A stretch of 63,244 nucleotides of DNA, filler included, from Blastocystis sp. subtype 4 (lineage: Eukaryota), in the NCBI RefSeq assembly GCF_000743755.1. It is 8 parts of 8 records of this genome, joined end to end, with 100 filler letters (N's around TTAATTAATTAA, not from the genome) between each part and the next. Parts side by side here need not be neighbours in the genome. Positions count along the whole stretch, not along the records: positions 45,551 to 56,970 come from NW_014569112.1; positions 57,071 to 63,244 come from NW_014569111.1; 6 more parts are not named here. One strand, 5' to 3'. Each line of letters begins with the position of its first letter. The stretch's first letter is position 1. The notes beneath the pieces are model-generated. The model did no database searches, was not told the origin of the DNA, and saw only the letters and a program-made list of their open reading frames with translations. Below, in pieces: positions 48,348-61,809 of the stretch. The translations under genes were made by a program, and so were the position numbers.

Positions 48348-50095
48348 ATAGTTCCTCTTCATCTGACTGTGTTTCTCTTGGTTCATCTCTCATCGATGCA
48401 ATCCACTTGATCAACGATTTGGTTCTCCAGATCTTCCTACTTCGTGGATATTCAGTTACTTCCAGCTTTTCTCCTTTTCGAAGATACAATACTGAGTGGA
48501 AATATTTAGCCTAGTTATTATTATCTGTTGGATTCCTACATGAATAAAATCAAGATCCACATCATTATCCTGGGAGTTGTACTTGTAAAAACGAAGCCCA
48601 GTATCTTTCTCAAAGAATTCGGCTACTTTCGCCATTCGCTTTAGGACTTTTGTACAATGATCACAATAAGCACTGTAGAATATGACTACCACATCCTCCT
48701 TACTCTCCACCACCTTTGACACGAATTCCGTTCCTACGACCGAACGCAGAGGCCCAGATTCGTTGGTGAATGGAGGTTGACTCTTCATGATCATGGGAAT
48801 ACTCTTGCTCATCACACCCTCTTGGAAGAATGCCATTGACTCTAATGACTCATTATCCACTGATGAAAGAATCGCTCTGAAATAATAGCCACGAACATGA
48901 TGAGCCACAATCATGACTGGATACATAACTGCCTGACCCTTGACGAAGAATTCATACATACCCTTCTCGTTGTTCCCCACATAGAAACAGACCGATTCAG
49001 TATTTTTCTTACAAAGCTAAACATGAAAAACCAGAGATATTCAGACCTCCACAAATCGCTCTGATAATGGTGAAGGATAAGGTGCATTCACTTTGTCTAC
49101 TAGTAGAGTGACCCATTCATATCCATGTGAATAGAAGTAGCTATTATACTATTTCTTAGGATCTACGGATAGACTTACACGAGGATTAGCAGTAGGATAC
49201 ACAATAGGAATGCTATTCTGGATGTTGAATTGTTTCACATTCTCTGTTGTAAACTCTATAGATGAATCCTCTAATCAAGTTCAACCTTGATCAAAGAAAA
49301 CATGACTATCATCATAGGACTTTTCGAAAAAGATGGTTGGTACTGTCTTTTCTTCCTAGATTTCGATCTCAAAATAAAGGAATACTTGTTGAAGAACCTC
49401 ATCTCGAACTTCGGGAGTTGGAAGAATGAAAAGAACATTCTGATCACGAAGAATTGTCTGCTTAAAAATCTCTTCTTCCTTACTCTATATTGTTATTAGA
49501 ACAGAATACGAATCACATCAGGATTGACTAGACCAATACTAATGGCATTGCCATGATCTTTCAAGTAGGTAATCATACTGTAATCGTTAACACGAAGAAT
49601 ACCATCATTCGTGCGATTAACAACAAACTGGAGAAGATCCCTATTTATGAGTAGAATAAATGAACCCAACCCAGCTTCCTTTTTACCTGTATATCGGTAA
49701 TAGGTACTATTGACAAAGACTCCAAAATCAGGGAACGCATTGACCATGTATCGGTCCTTCCATTCCTTATCATCTCCCAGTTCCACTTTTACGAGTTTAA
49801 AATCGTTTTCAGATTCATAGACAATATCACTCATCTTACTCCATGTGGGAGCGAATTCTTTGCAAAAGGAGCACCACTAATTTTTATTCCACTTCTTATA
49901 TATTACGGAAGCAAACCAATGAACAAGAACAATGGGATGCTGTCCAACATATACATCAATATCTTCTTTGTCAATAAATATAACATTTCCATCAGAAAGA
50001 TCCTTGGAAAGAACCTACATTCGTGAAAGAGAGAAGTATCTTACGAATTGTAATGCAACAAGGAGAATTAGAATTCTCGATCCATATATCTTCAT
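48348..50095 (-). CDS. Protein disulfide isomerase (a-b-b'-a')
   Basis: Signal peptide MKIYGSRILILLVALQF; FASWCSFCK and FYSAYCDHCT active sites; KSQPP..ESGPLRSVVG; acidic tail ...DEEEL. Confidence 0.88.
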
Positions 50096-50213
50096 TCCTG
50101 TACTTGATGTATTGAAAGAGTGGATATCCAGCGAGATTATCGAGTTCGTTGGTCCCCCATTTTGCGGACCGCAAATAGCCCAATGCCCTCTTGGCTCAAT
50201 ATCGACGATTCCA

Positions 50214-51720
50214 ATGGACGACTCTGATGGTAATGATGGAATTGATGGTTGAGTGAATAGACGTTCTGAATTTTGATAGTGTGTCTGAGGATGATCTTGG
50301 ACCAGTCGATACCCATATCGAAGTGGATGAAGTGTCGAGTAGCAGCGATGACACAATGTTGACGTCATCGGATGAAGATGAAACAAAGGATCAACTTCAT
50401 GCTTGGGGAACAAGGAAAAGCAACTACTATGGTGGAATTGAAGATGTTGGTTTGGTTGTTGAGAGTGAAAGAATAGGACATTGACGAAGAAGGTCTGGAA
50501 CTCAAGGAAGCGAAGGAATTGGAACAGAATCAGATGCAGGCATTGCACGATGAAGATTTTGCAGTCTCTGAAGATGAAGAGGAGGAGCGAGAGAGGGAGG
50601 AAGATGCGAAATTGAACTTAGGAGTAGGCAATTGATAGAATTTCGTAAGGATCAGTTTGGAATCATGGAGGAGGAAGTAAGAAAGGACATTGCAGATTTG
50701 TCAGATAAAGATTTACAAAAGTTGCTTCGGAAAGAGAATCCCGAACTGTTGGTAATGCTTCCAGATCTCCAGAAGAGATTGGAATCATTGAAAGTGGATG
50801 TGAAGCCATTGGTAGATTCGGCACGAAAGGAACCTGGCGAGCTTCCAAATGGTCATCCGATCTCTGAAGTTGGTACAAAAATAGTGGATTGTAAAACTCA
50901 ACTTCACTTGAACTATTGTATGATGTTGTTGAGTTATATGTTTCTGAAAGCAGAGAATCAGGATGTGAAAGAGCATCCAGTTATGCCTCTATTGGTGAAG
51001 TCACGGTAGGTTCTGATACTGGTATTGATGGCAGAGCTCTTTCTGATAAACTCGAAGAAATTGAGGTGAAGTTGGCTCCAATGATGGAAAAGCGGACAGG
51101 GAAGAAGAGAGAGGAGCCTGAAGAGGAAGAGGAGGTGGAAGAGGAGAGAGTAGGATTNNNNNNNNNNNNNNNNNNNNNNNNNNNNNNNNNTATTGTAGAG
51201 ATGTGGAAGAGGAATGATTCATAGAGAAGAAGAAGATATGTTTAGTAGACCTGTGCACTCTCAGCGAGACATTCTTCCAACACAAGAAGCTGATTCTGAA
51301 TCAGCATCTGATTTGGAGCAATCGCTTGAAAGGATGGAGGAAGAGGAGGAAGATCCTTTCTATGAAGAGATGATCGAGAGACGTAACAAGAAGAAACAAG
51401 AGAAGGAGGAACGGAAGAAGTATCAGGAGCTGCATGTTAATGAAGACTATGTAGGATTGTGATGAGGGAATGAAGAATAGACACTAGAGGAGGGTGAGAG
51501 TCGTAAGGCTACACAGAAGATCTTGAAGAATCGGGGTCTTGTAGCAAGTCGACCTAAGGAAAATCGGAATCCTCGTGTTAAGAAAAGAATGCGATATGAA
51601 AAGGCTCTCAAACGCAGAAAGGGACAAGTGGCTGCTCTCCGAACCAATGAAGCAGATCAATACATGGGAGAGAAGTCCGGTATTCGCAGTGATGTCATTC
51701 ATGCTAGACAATTCAGATGA
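50214..51720 (+). CDS. UTP3: Sas10/Utp3 SSU processome component
   Basis: AWGTRKSNYYGG, ENPELL, HPV, C-terminal NRGL..RNPRVKKRMRYEKA..YMGEKSGIR. Confidence 0.92.
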
Positions 51721-51863
51721 AATTGATGGTCATTTGATCTGTTTGTTTGATATTCTTTGAATTCTGTTCCTTATTGGGAATCACGGGAATCACGATGATT
51801 CTGCAAACATGAGATTGATAATCATTAGTTTCTTCCTTAATAGGATCTTCATCAATTCGAACT

Positions 51864-53035
51864 ATGGCAAGTATTATGAAAGCTTTGAAGACGTCAAAGA
51901 GACGTATCACTCAACAAATGAAGGTTGCTACTGGTACTTGTTTAGGAGGATTCTTTCATGGATAGGACAGTCTGATATGACTTCAGATGCGACTTTTGAT
52001 CTGGCATATCGTCAATTTGCTGATGTTGAGAAGAATTTGTCTACTCTTCACACTCAATGTGTGAACTTGGTTAGGAATATGGACACATGGTGTGATACGA
52101 ATCGTAAACTGGCTGATGAACTGAAACGTTTCACCAACACAGCCAACAATCATTCAGAGGAGATGCAAGTGTACTCTGATACAGTGAACAATCTTCATGC
52201 TGCCCTTCAAATGGAGTATGAGCAGACTCGTCGAGCAGTCACAGTGATTCTCCGTACTCGTGTGATGTCACGTATTGATCATTTGCTGAAGGACGATTTT
52301 GCTCAAGTCCAGAAGATTGTGAAGACTCGTCGTAACATCATTACTGATTATGATTCTCATCGTCAAAAGTGTTCATCGTTTGAGCGCAAAGGTGATAATG
52401 ACAAAGCAAATCGTTTCCGTCATAAGGCAGAGCATGATAAGGAAATGCTAGATGAACACACCAGCTATCTTGAGCAACGTTTTAATGAGTTGATTGAGAT
52501 TGGCTCTATCATTCTGAATAAGGAAACAGCCACATTGATTACATGTGAGATGTACCTTGTGAAGCGTCAGTATGAGGCAATGGTTGGAATTTGCAACAAT
52601 TTTGGTGAGGATGTGGTTGGTGCTGTGACATATGATATTGATGATGTTGTTGAGCGTATTCAGCAGGGAGAGAATGTTGAGATGACTTATGTTCCTCCTG
52701 AACTGGAGTTACCTGAACCGCTCAATCTGGAGATTCCCCGTGTTACCGAGTTTACGGATGTTCCTGTTCGTAGAGAGTCAGTGCATGATAGTGGGAATTA
52801 TGATAACAGTGCTTATGAGAGTCGTCGTGAGCCACCTCGTAAGCCTTTGCCTCCAGGTCGACCCAAGACGTATGTTATTGCGATGTATGCATTAGAAGCG
52901 GAGGAAGAAGGAGAACTATCATTCAATGAGGGTGATCGAATTGAAGTGCTGCATAAGGATCCAAGTGGTTGGTGGGAAGGAAAGTTGAATGGTGTTACTG
53001 GGTTATTCCCAGAGAACTATACACAACCAGCTTAG
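51864..53035 (+). CDS. N-BAR + SH3 protein (amphiphysin/Rvs167-like)
   Basis: Amphipathic N-terminus MASIMKALKTSKRRITQQMK..TSDATFD after a short intron; DYDSHR; PxxP linker; SH3 AMYALEAEEEGELSFNEGD..GWWEG..GLFPENY. Confidence 0.88.
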
Positions 53036-53126
53036 GTGACCTGCTTTCACTGTTTTTCTCTCAGTGAAGGTTGAACTTTGTGTTTGTTTCTATTCATCTT
53101 ATTCATTAACAACAAACACACCACAT

Positions 53127-56100
53127 CTAAATCCCCAACTCATTCTCCTGATTCGCCAGCTCTAACAACATCGCTTCATCGAAAAACTTCTTCAAACTCA
53201 CATCTTCACTCAATCCCTATTATTCATCCTTCTCTCTCTTTCTTACCTTTCGACGTCGTGTCTTTAACATGAAGTCTCGAGCTAATGCATAACCTGATGA
53301 AGCCTCCAGTGGCAGAATCGTCACTGACTTGTCCAGAGGATCTCCAGGAACAATCTCCCAATGTGAGAACATCTATCTCATACTCTCTCTTCACACCTAC
53401 AGTCTGAGGGAATGCCAGACCACTTGTAGCCACTCGTAGATCGGTCTCAAAGCCAAACGAATCCATGACAGGCAAATATCCTTTCATTGAAATGAATGGT
53501 GTACCTGGCTTTGGAACACTCTATCACTCATTCTCTCTCTCATTCTCTACTTGTCGAACAAAGCCTCGTCGTCGACTCAATACTTCTTCACATGTATTCA
53601 CTAGATCTGGAGGTGCTTGAATCTCCACCTGATAGAAAGGCTCCATTAGTCGTGGTGATGCCAATAAGAAGGATGAATAGGCCACACGTCGTGCTGTTGG
53701 GATGATTTGACCACCTCCTCGATGAACAGGATTTGAAGCCAGTGTTGCATCCAAGATTTTGAACTTCACATTCCGCAGTGGTTCTTCACACAATGGACCT
53801 TCACGACATGCCCAACGGAATCCCTGAACGATACTGTTACGAACATCCTGCAAGAGATTCTTATCCACCTCGCCAGGGAGAGTATCATCCAGAAGCACGT
53901 TTGCACCTTGTACCTCAGGACCGAAAGCCCAAAATGACCGTACCGCAAGTTTATCCCAAGCATATTTCTCCTGAAGGAACTCATTCAGACGGTGTGGATC
54001 TGAGTCTACACAAATCACCTTATTCTCCACATCATCAGCCAAACCCTTCTCCATTGGTTCTGCTGTCATGGCTAAGCGATTTGCTTTGTTAGGAGTTTCA
54101 GCAAAGCATAATAAGGAAGATTTCTCTTGAACCGTTTCTGTGAAGCGAACCACAGGAGTAGCTACTTTCACATCGATCGTACTGTACACATGTGTCAGGT
54201 CATACATCGCACAGTCCAACTGCAACTCACCTGTAGCGAACAACACATATTCACCACTTTCTTCCACTTTGGTACTCACAAGAGGATAGGTTCGTGTTAC
54301 CTTCAATCAGACTCATCAATTATTCTTACCTTCCGTAGAGCTTCTACCATGATAGGCAACTCACTTGGTTTGCGTGGTTCGATTGCCAGTTTAACAACAG
54401 CTTGAGTATTGAACTCAAGAGGTCGGAAGATGGCTGCATCTTCGATATTGCGAGCAATCACAGTTGCTGTACATCGTACAGCCTCACCAAGACCTCGAAG
54501 TAATACCCAGTTGCCTGCCTTGCATCGTGTGATATCAAGCATATAACGACCTTGAGCAATGGACACACCTGAGATTGTTGTATGGACCATATCCTCTGTA
54601 TCATCCATTGAATAACTACAATGAGAGACAACGATCATGATTACGATTCACCACACACATCCACTTCTTGACCTGCTTGAACAGTTCCACTCATCACACG
54701 ACCAAACGCATAGAAATCAGACGCATCCTGATTACGATACATCTTCACCACATTGATCACCAATGGACCAGCTGGATCACAACGAACCATTGCCTTTGCC
54801 ACCTCACTAGTCTGATCACCTTGCCAGAACCGATGGACCTTCTCAGAGGCAGCAGTAATTGGGTCAGGGAAGGAAGTGAGCAACGCATCAACAAACCCAC
54901 CATGATTCCCGAAGAACTGACTCATCACTAACTTGAGTAGAGGTGCAGGATCCAATTGTAACTGCTTCTTTGTTAGTGAGATGTGAAGTTCATCCAATAC
55001 ACGAGTTAGATCATTCACTTCACTTCCCAACACCTGAGCATACACCTTCCAACTACACTCACAATCAATACATATCCTTACATCGGTTCTAAACAGAATT
55101 GAACAAAACTCCTTGGAGAACGAGTATCTGCTGTCTTTCCTTCAAATCGTCGTGTTTGATAGTTGAACCAGACATTTCCCCAAAGACGTTTAGCCAGATT
55201 CTCGACAGGAATATCAATCCCAAAGACTTTCTGATAATGTCTAGCATAAGAGAGAAGAGTGAATGACCAGCGATGTGTTCCACTACAGAATATGACATTG
55301 TTATTTATAGGATTAATTCGAGGTAAAGAGAGACCTTGAGAACATGAGTCAATGATAGTATTCACGTCCTCTAACATTGCTACTAATTTGTAATAAGCAT
55401 CATTAGGAGGGAGCTTCAGATCAGTAATAAGTCGATCCATCTTTGTGAAGGCTACAATGATAGAAACTCCTTGAGAGATAGCATGTCGAATACACCGTTC
55501 TGTGTTCATCATCACACCTTCTACAACATCGATACACACAATACAACCATCAGATACACGCAGACCTAGAGATGACTGAAGTGAATATATGTGTACTGGC
55601 TGTAACCTCACCTGTGAGAGATACATGACCTGGAGTATCGATGAAGTTCATCAAATGCGATTTGTCACGGGAATCAGGAAGAACCAGGGAAATGGGTGTA
55701 GAGATGATACTAATGCCTCGTTCTTGTTCTGCGACAGTTACATCGGTGTACCGAATCTCCTTATTCAGATTCCATGGTTCTACACGAGTTGTTTCGATCA
55801 ACATGTCTAGAAGTGTTGTTTTTCCTTCCTATGAGAATCCATGAATTCACATACCATGATGAATATTTCCTACAACAGCGATATTCCTTGCCAGAGCTGG
55901 ATTATCCATAAGACCAGCAAGAAACTCCGAGGAATACTACTCATCAAAATGTACTTCATTTGATGTACCCTTGTCTCAGGAATATTCTTTTCGAGAATAG
56001 AGAAGGTTTGATGACTCAGAGGTTTGATCAAAGGTTCTTTGATATCTTGTGTATCTTCTTCTTGTACAACCACTTCAGCTCCTTTGAATACCTAGATCTT

Positions 56101-56414
56101 ACTTCCACTTCCTTCACTCACATCCTCAGCATCAGGATAATACTGTTTATCTTCATACAGTGTTACTGCATTTTCATATGTTCGAACATTTGTATCTTCA
56201 GCTTCTTCTTCAGCTTCTAGACATAAGAATACACTCGCTTCCATTTCCTACCGGGAATATTCTCTTCCATATTCCAGTTCTCCTCCTCTTCCTCTTGCTA
56301 CATGATAAAACCATTTCTATATCGAAAACGCCCTACAGTCTCATTTTCCTCTTCTGAATCATTGATTTCAGGACCTATATAGTTTCCGAACTCATCATAT
56401 AATTCTTCCTCCAT
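53127..56414 (-). CDS. EFTUD2: U5 snRNP GTPase Snu114
   Basis: [57 protein letters not shown]. Confidence 0.97.
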
Positions 56415-56619
56415 AGTATTGGAAAATCGCTCAAATCTTTGAGAAGAAAACTAATAAATGAAAACCGCGGTTCTGTTTGTTCATCTGTTTCTTCAAAGAA
56501 CTGATACTGAACGATATGATTTATGGATCAACTGTTAGAAACAGTGGCACTTTGAATTAATGAATCAGAACGATTATAGTGATAATAAATCAACAAACAG
56601 TCAGGCCGAATAATCAAAT

Positions 56620-56970
56620 TCACATCGGCAAAAGGACCTCCTCTTCCTGATTTGCGTGCTTTAAGGTCTTAAGACGCTTTACAGATGGTACCTTTCCAGA
56701 AGCCAAATTAGAACGGATTGATAACTTCATACAGAAGGCACATGTAACCAAAGACAAAAGGTAGAAGACAACACCAATCGCAATCCAACACACTATACTC
56801 CAAGGGAAAGGAGAACGATAAGTCGCTTTCAAATCGAACTCGGCCGTGAATGGACGAAATGATTCCGTGTACATCTTATCAGCAGCTTCAATTCCCAAAT
56901 GAGGAAGAATTGGAATGAGCTTCATTTCAACATAATCACCCAATTCTTCTTCAAGAGTGAAACGCATCAT
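56620..56970 (-). CDS. C-terminal fragment of a single-pass membrane protein
   Basis: TM segment WSIVCWIAIGVVFYLLSLV and tail EEEVLLPM (acidic dileucine-like); open to the contig end. Confidence 0.6.
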   Translation of the reverse strand: MMRFTLEEELGDYVEMKLIPILPHLGIEAADKMYTESFRPFTAEFDLKATYRSPFPWSIVCWIAIGVVFYLLSLVTCAFCMKLSIRSNLASGKVPSVKRLKTLKHANQEEEVLLPM

Positions 56971-57194
56971 NNNNNNNNNNNNNNNNNNNNNNNNNNNNNN
57001 NNNNNNNNNNNNNNTTAATTAATTAANNNNNNNNNNNNNNNNNNNNNNNNNNNNNNNNNNNNNNNNNNNNAAATACTGAAAAGAGTACAACAAATATAGG
57101 AGATGAAAAGAATTCTGTTTGATTTAGGATGTTGATTTGTTTCTTGACTATACAAGAATCACGGGAATTTGGAGATAATGTATTGTCTTCAAAA

Positions 57195-60100
57195 ATGAGC
57201 GAAAGGACCGGTTCAAGGATATTCTATCCATATAAAGTGGTTGGCCTCATTTGTGGCAAACAACGAATTTGTCCAAACTATCTCGGTATGGTTCTTAGAA
57301 ATAACTTGAGATTTAGGAACCGAAGTATTCTTAACCGTTCCAATCGGCAAATCGTTTCATGTGTATTCAGCCCAAAAGCTTCAAAACATCATGTCTTCTA
57401 CACAACTTACCGAAGACATCAAGTAATATATGAATTCGATTTATTACATATAGTGTTGTTGAGGTAAGTCGAGAATATACCTTTACAGCGGTGGGAAAGG
57501 ACATTTTGAAATGGAAGCGTTTTTCATTGGTTGGAACGATGAAGGGAGAATTCGGAACTATTGTTACCCTTCTTCGTATTGCTGATTATCTTATTAGTAC
57601 CTCTGATGATGGGTATTTGTGTGTTTGGAATTGGACAACTATGGAACTGATTCGAACGATCAATCTAGGTCGAGAATTTCATCCTTCATTTGTTATGCAT
57701 CCAAATACCTATATGAACAAGGTTTTGGTAGGAAGTGCAACAGGAAAGCTTCAGTTGTGGAATATCCGTACAGGTTCGCTCATCATGGACTTTAAGGGCT
57801 ATTCTAATGGCATTTCGTTCATGGAACAGGCACCGACTGTGGATATTGTAGCAATTGGCTTAGAAAATGGAGAAATTGATGTACTGAATCTGAAGTACGA
57901 TAAGGTTGAGATAGGAATGCTCTTTCAGTTATAGAGTGTGATGCATTTTCAACAAGCCTCTGGTGTCACAAGTCTTTCTTTCTTCTCAAGTATGACAAAA
58001 GCACCACTTCTACTGTCTTCAGGCGCTGATGGTCACATTTGTTTGTGGAATGTGAAAGAACGCAGACTTCACTTTGAGAACGAAAATGCTCACGAGGGAG
58101 CCATTCATTCGGCATTCTTTCTTCCCGATAGCATGCGTTTCATTTCCGCGGGAATTGACAATTCCATGAAACTGTGGACAATCGATGAGATGGATTATTC
58201 ACCTCGAGTAGTACTTTCCAGACAGGGTCATACGGACAGTTCAGCCATGATACGCTTCTATGGTAAGTGATTGGATGTAATGTCAAAAATAGGCTATAAT
58301 TCTGTCATTTCACGAGATGACGGAGGAGATGGTTTGGGGATGAGTCTGTTGTCAGCTGGTCTCGATGGAGCTTTCCGTGATTTCCATATCATGAGGGAGA
58401 ATACTTCGAGAGAATTGTCGCAAGGAAGTGATGCAAAGAAGGTCAAGTCATCGAGACCTGAAAACGCTTATAAACGTCTTCCTGTGATAATCGGTATGAT
58501 TTCTTGAATCCAATAATTGTTCAGATTTTGCTTATTCTGAAGGTCGAGATCGTGCTTGGTCGAATATCGTAACATGTCACGAGCACAGTTGTGTAGCAAT
58601 TGGTTGGAGGTTCTATGATCATGTGAAGACGAATCTCCAATTGCAGTTGCCAGAGGAAGTTCGTGAATCAGAGAACTATGCTCTGTGTTGTGATGTGAGC
58701 AACAGTGGTGAGACAGGTGTGGTGGGATATCGTGATGGGAGCATTGCCATGTACCACTGAGGGAGATTTTGTGACATTAGATACAACCTCCAGTCAGGAC
58801 TGTATCGAGGTTCGTTACCACGAGAAGCTAAGAAGGGGTTTATCGTGAAGCAGGCATTATTGGGATATCTGTCAAGCGGAAGCCAGCAAGAGGGGAAGGG
58901 TCACCATAGTGATCGTGTAATCACTGTGGGTGTTGATATTACCAACACGGTAGGTGTGAGATAAAGGAATGATCGCAGAGAGTAATCTCAGTGAGTGCTG
59001 ATCAAACCATTCACATTTGGGATCTCATTGAACGTACACTATTACACTCAATCACACTCCCTGCACTTCCTTGTCAAGCAATCTTCTCTCGGTCCACAGG
59101 TCTTATTGCTGTGGCTACTGTGGATCGTTCTGTCCGTATCTACGATTCACAGACATTCAGTCTGATTCGTCGATTCGAGATAACTCATGATATCACAGCT
59201 ATGAATATGAACGAAGCGGGTCGTTGGCTTCTGGTGGCGGATGATAGTGGAGATGTGCGTGTGTTTGACGTTCCTAATAGTAGTCTGATACTGACGTGTG
59301 ATCATGTTTAGGTCGAATGATTGATTGGATTCATTTCACGAAGCCAGTGGTATCGTTAACAATATCCACCAATGATGAATTTATAGCAACCAGCCATCAG
59401 AATCAGATTGGTATTCAGATTTGGGCTAATAATTGCTTCTACTCGGATGTATTACTGGCCACTGCTCCTTCTGCTCCCTATCTTATGGACGAGGAAAAGA
59501 CTCTCTCTGAAGAAACTCCCTTGGAAATGAAGTCAACCCAATCAATTCCCACGGGAATGGAAGTCCATTTATCGTCTCGAGTAGCTGGTGGAACCGTGGT
59601 TTTGACTCATTCTCCTCGTAATAAGTGGTCCTCGTTGCCAATTCTGGAGCAGATCCGAGAACGGAACAAGCCAGAGGAGCCGCCGAAAGCACCCGAGAAG
59701 GCTCCCTTCTTCCTACCTACAGCCAGTGGTCTGCAGCCGACGTTCGTAGCCGTAGAGTCTGCTGAGAGCCAGACAAATGATCAGCAGTCAGCAAATATGA
59801 TGGAAGAAGAGGCAGGTACCAGTCGCTTTGTGAGCCAGGGAGATGTAACGAGGCTGGAGACAGATTTACAGCGTTTGCTTCACGAGTGTGATGCCAATGA
59901 GAGTATCTCAGATGTCACGTAATTGGATTCAGGACGTTTCATTCGTAGAGAGATTGAAGATGAAGACGATGTTCGAATTACGCTGGGATCCTTCTATCCA
60001 GTTCTGATTCATTTCCGTCATGCTACTGTAGCATCTGTCGATGCACAGCTACGTATGCTTTGTATGGGTCCAATGGATTCGATTGGCAAAGATGCCTTGC

Positions 60101-60336
60101 GTCGTCTGTTTGCGTTCTTCCGAGTGGCTGTGAAGGCTCAAGTGGATTATGAAATGATCCAGGCTCTGCTGGAGCGCACACTTCAGCTATACAGTGATGT
60201 ATTGAGTGGAATGAGTGATATTCAACCAGTATTGAAAGAAATTAGTATGGATCAGGAGGATGGTTGGAAGCGAATCCAGAGTATGATGCAACAATGTTTG
60301 TGCATGGTTGAGTTGTTTAGTAACGTTCAGTTATAA
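57195..60336 (+). CDS. UTP21: WDR36/Utp21 WD40 protein
   Basis: SRIFYPYK, MHPNTYMNKVLVGS, ELSQG, IRERNKPEEPPKAPEKAPFFLPT. Confidence 0.95.
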
Positions 60337-60371
60337 TCCTTTATGAGGGTATTTGTTGAAACAATCATCGT

Positions 60372-61065
60372 ATTCAAACTGATGTTCCTTCCGCATATGT
60401 TTGAGCATCTGAGAACTCTGAACACATGCAAATCGGCAACCTTCCACTTTACAGTGAAAACGAAGTTCTCCTGTATGATTTCGAATGTGTTGTGTAAGTA
60501 ATGCCTTCTGTTTACACTTGTATGGACATCCTTCATATGGACATATGAAGGGATTCTCTCCAGTATGGATCAATTCATGTGTTTTCAAATATCGTTTTGA
60601 TGGACAGCAAAAATCGCAGTCTTTAAAATGACAACGATATAAGGTTTCACCAGTATGCAAAGCTCTGTGATACTTGAGAGCTCCTTTGGTCTTAAAAGAC
60701 TTACCACAACCAGGAAATTCACAATTGAAAGGAGTTTGAATAGTATGAGCATGAATATGTGAAGACATCATACTAGTAGAAGTACAACAATAACGGCAAC
60801 CCGGATGTGTGCACCATAGTAAGGATCCGTCATGATTCTTTCTAGAAACTGGTCTTTCTGTCAATTGTTCCTTTATCTTGAGTTGAGGTTGAGATGGGGT
60901 TTCCATTTTCACTTCCACTTTGATAGCTGATTCTTTGGCTTCATCTTCGACTTGTTCAGGTGGTGAATCCATTTGGCACTTTAGTGAACCATTTTGAATA
61001 TAATCACTAAGATAATCAAAATAGCAATCATTATAAGAATCAAAAGACTGTGAACAGTTTTGCAT
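60372..61065 (-). CDS. C2H2 zinc-finger protein (5 fingers, HTGE linkers)
   Basis: Five CxxxxC..H...H fingers; stop possibly poly(A)-completed at 60372 (genomic stop at 60331). Confidence 0.88.
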
Positions 61066-61149
61066 GACAAAACACTATTAGACTAAAGAATTCGGTTCAA
61101 TTCACTGACTTCAATATATCCAGATTATCACTATTTCTTATATAGAAGT

Positions 61150-61773
61150 ATGATTAGTAAAGAAGTCAGTATCAATACTCAAGATATTGTAGATCTCAAA
61201 TGATAGAACTAATTGGAAGGGTTCATCGGTGTATCAAGTGCCATCGTATCCTGTATCCACTCTTCAGCCTCAACTGTATATGTCACAACCTCAAGCATAC
61301 AATTCACAACCTCAACCTTATGTTATACCAGTGTCTTTAGATATCCCGCAAGCAGTGCCTGTTGAGTAGGATTGTATTTAGATATGATATACAGGCCCAC
61401 AAATTCTGTTGTCCTAAAAGTGCAGTGGTTGTTAGTTCAGAAGATTGATTTATAGGTCCACATTAGTACGTTGTCCTCATTGTCATGTAATGACTCTAAC
61501 TCAAGTTCGCTTACCTATGATCTTGTTTTTGTAAGTACTTAGCTGATGGATGTAAGCTGTAGCTACATTATTGGTATGGGAGTGTTGATTCCTATTTTAA
61601 CTCTATTGGGAGTATTCTCTGATAACTTTAACTTAGTAATGATCGGGATTCCAATCTATGTGTTGTTTATGGTTATTGGCATGCTAGTTATATTCAAGAA
61701 ATCTAAAACTACACATACATGTCCTGTATGCCAGAATACAATTGGTAAGACTGGAACAACGATTTCTTGGTAG
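61150..61773 (+). CDS. LITAF-domain protein
   Basis: P/Q/Y-rich N-terminus; VRCPHC...hydrophobic stretch...HTCPVC. Confidence 0.8.
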
Positions 61774-61809
61774 TCAAGTAGTATGTACAACAATCATGTT
61801 TCTTCCTAA

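Noticed and set aside
55072..55080. ATATCCTTA on the plus strand
   Set aside because: Antisense to SNU114 and inside an ordinary GT-AG intron
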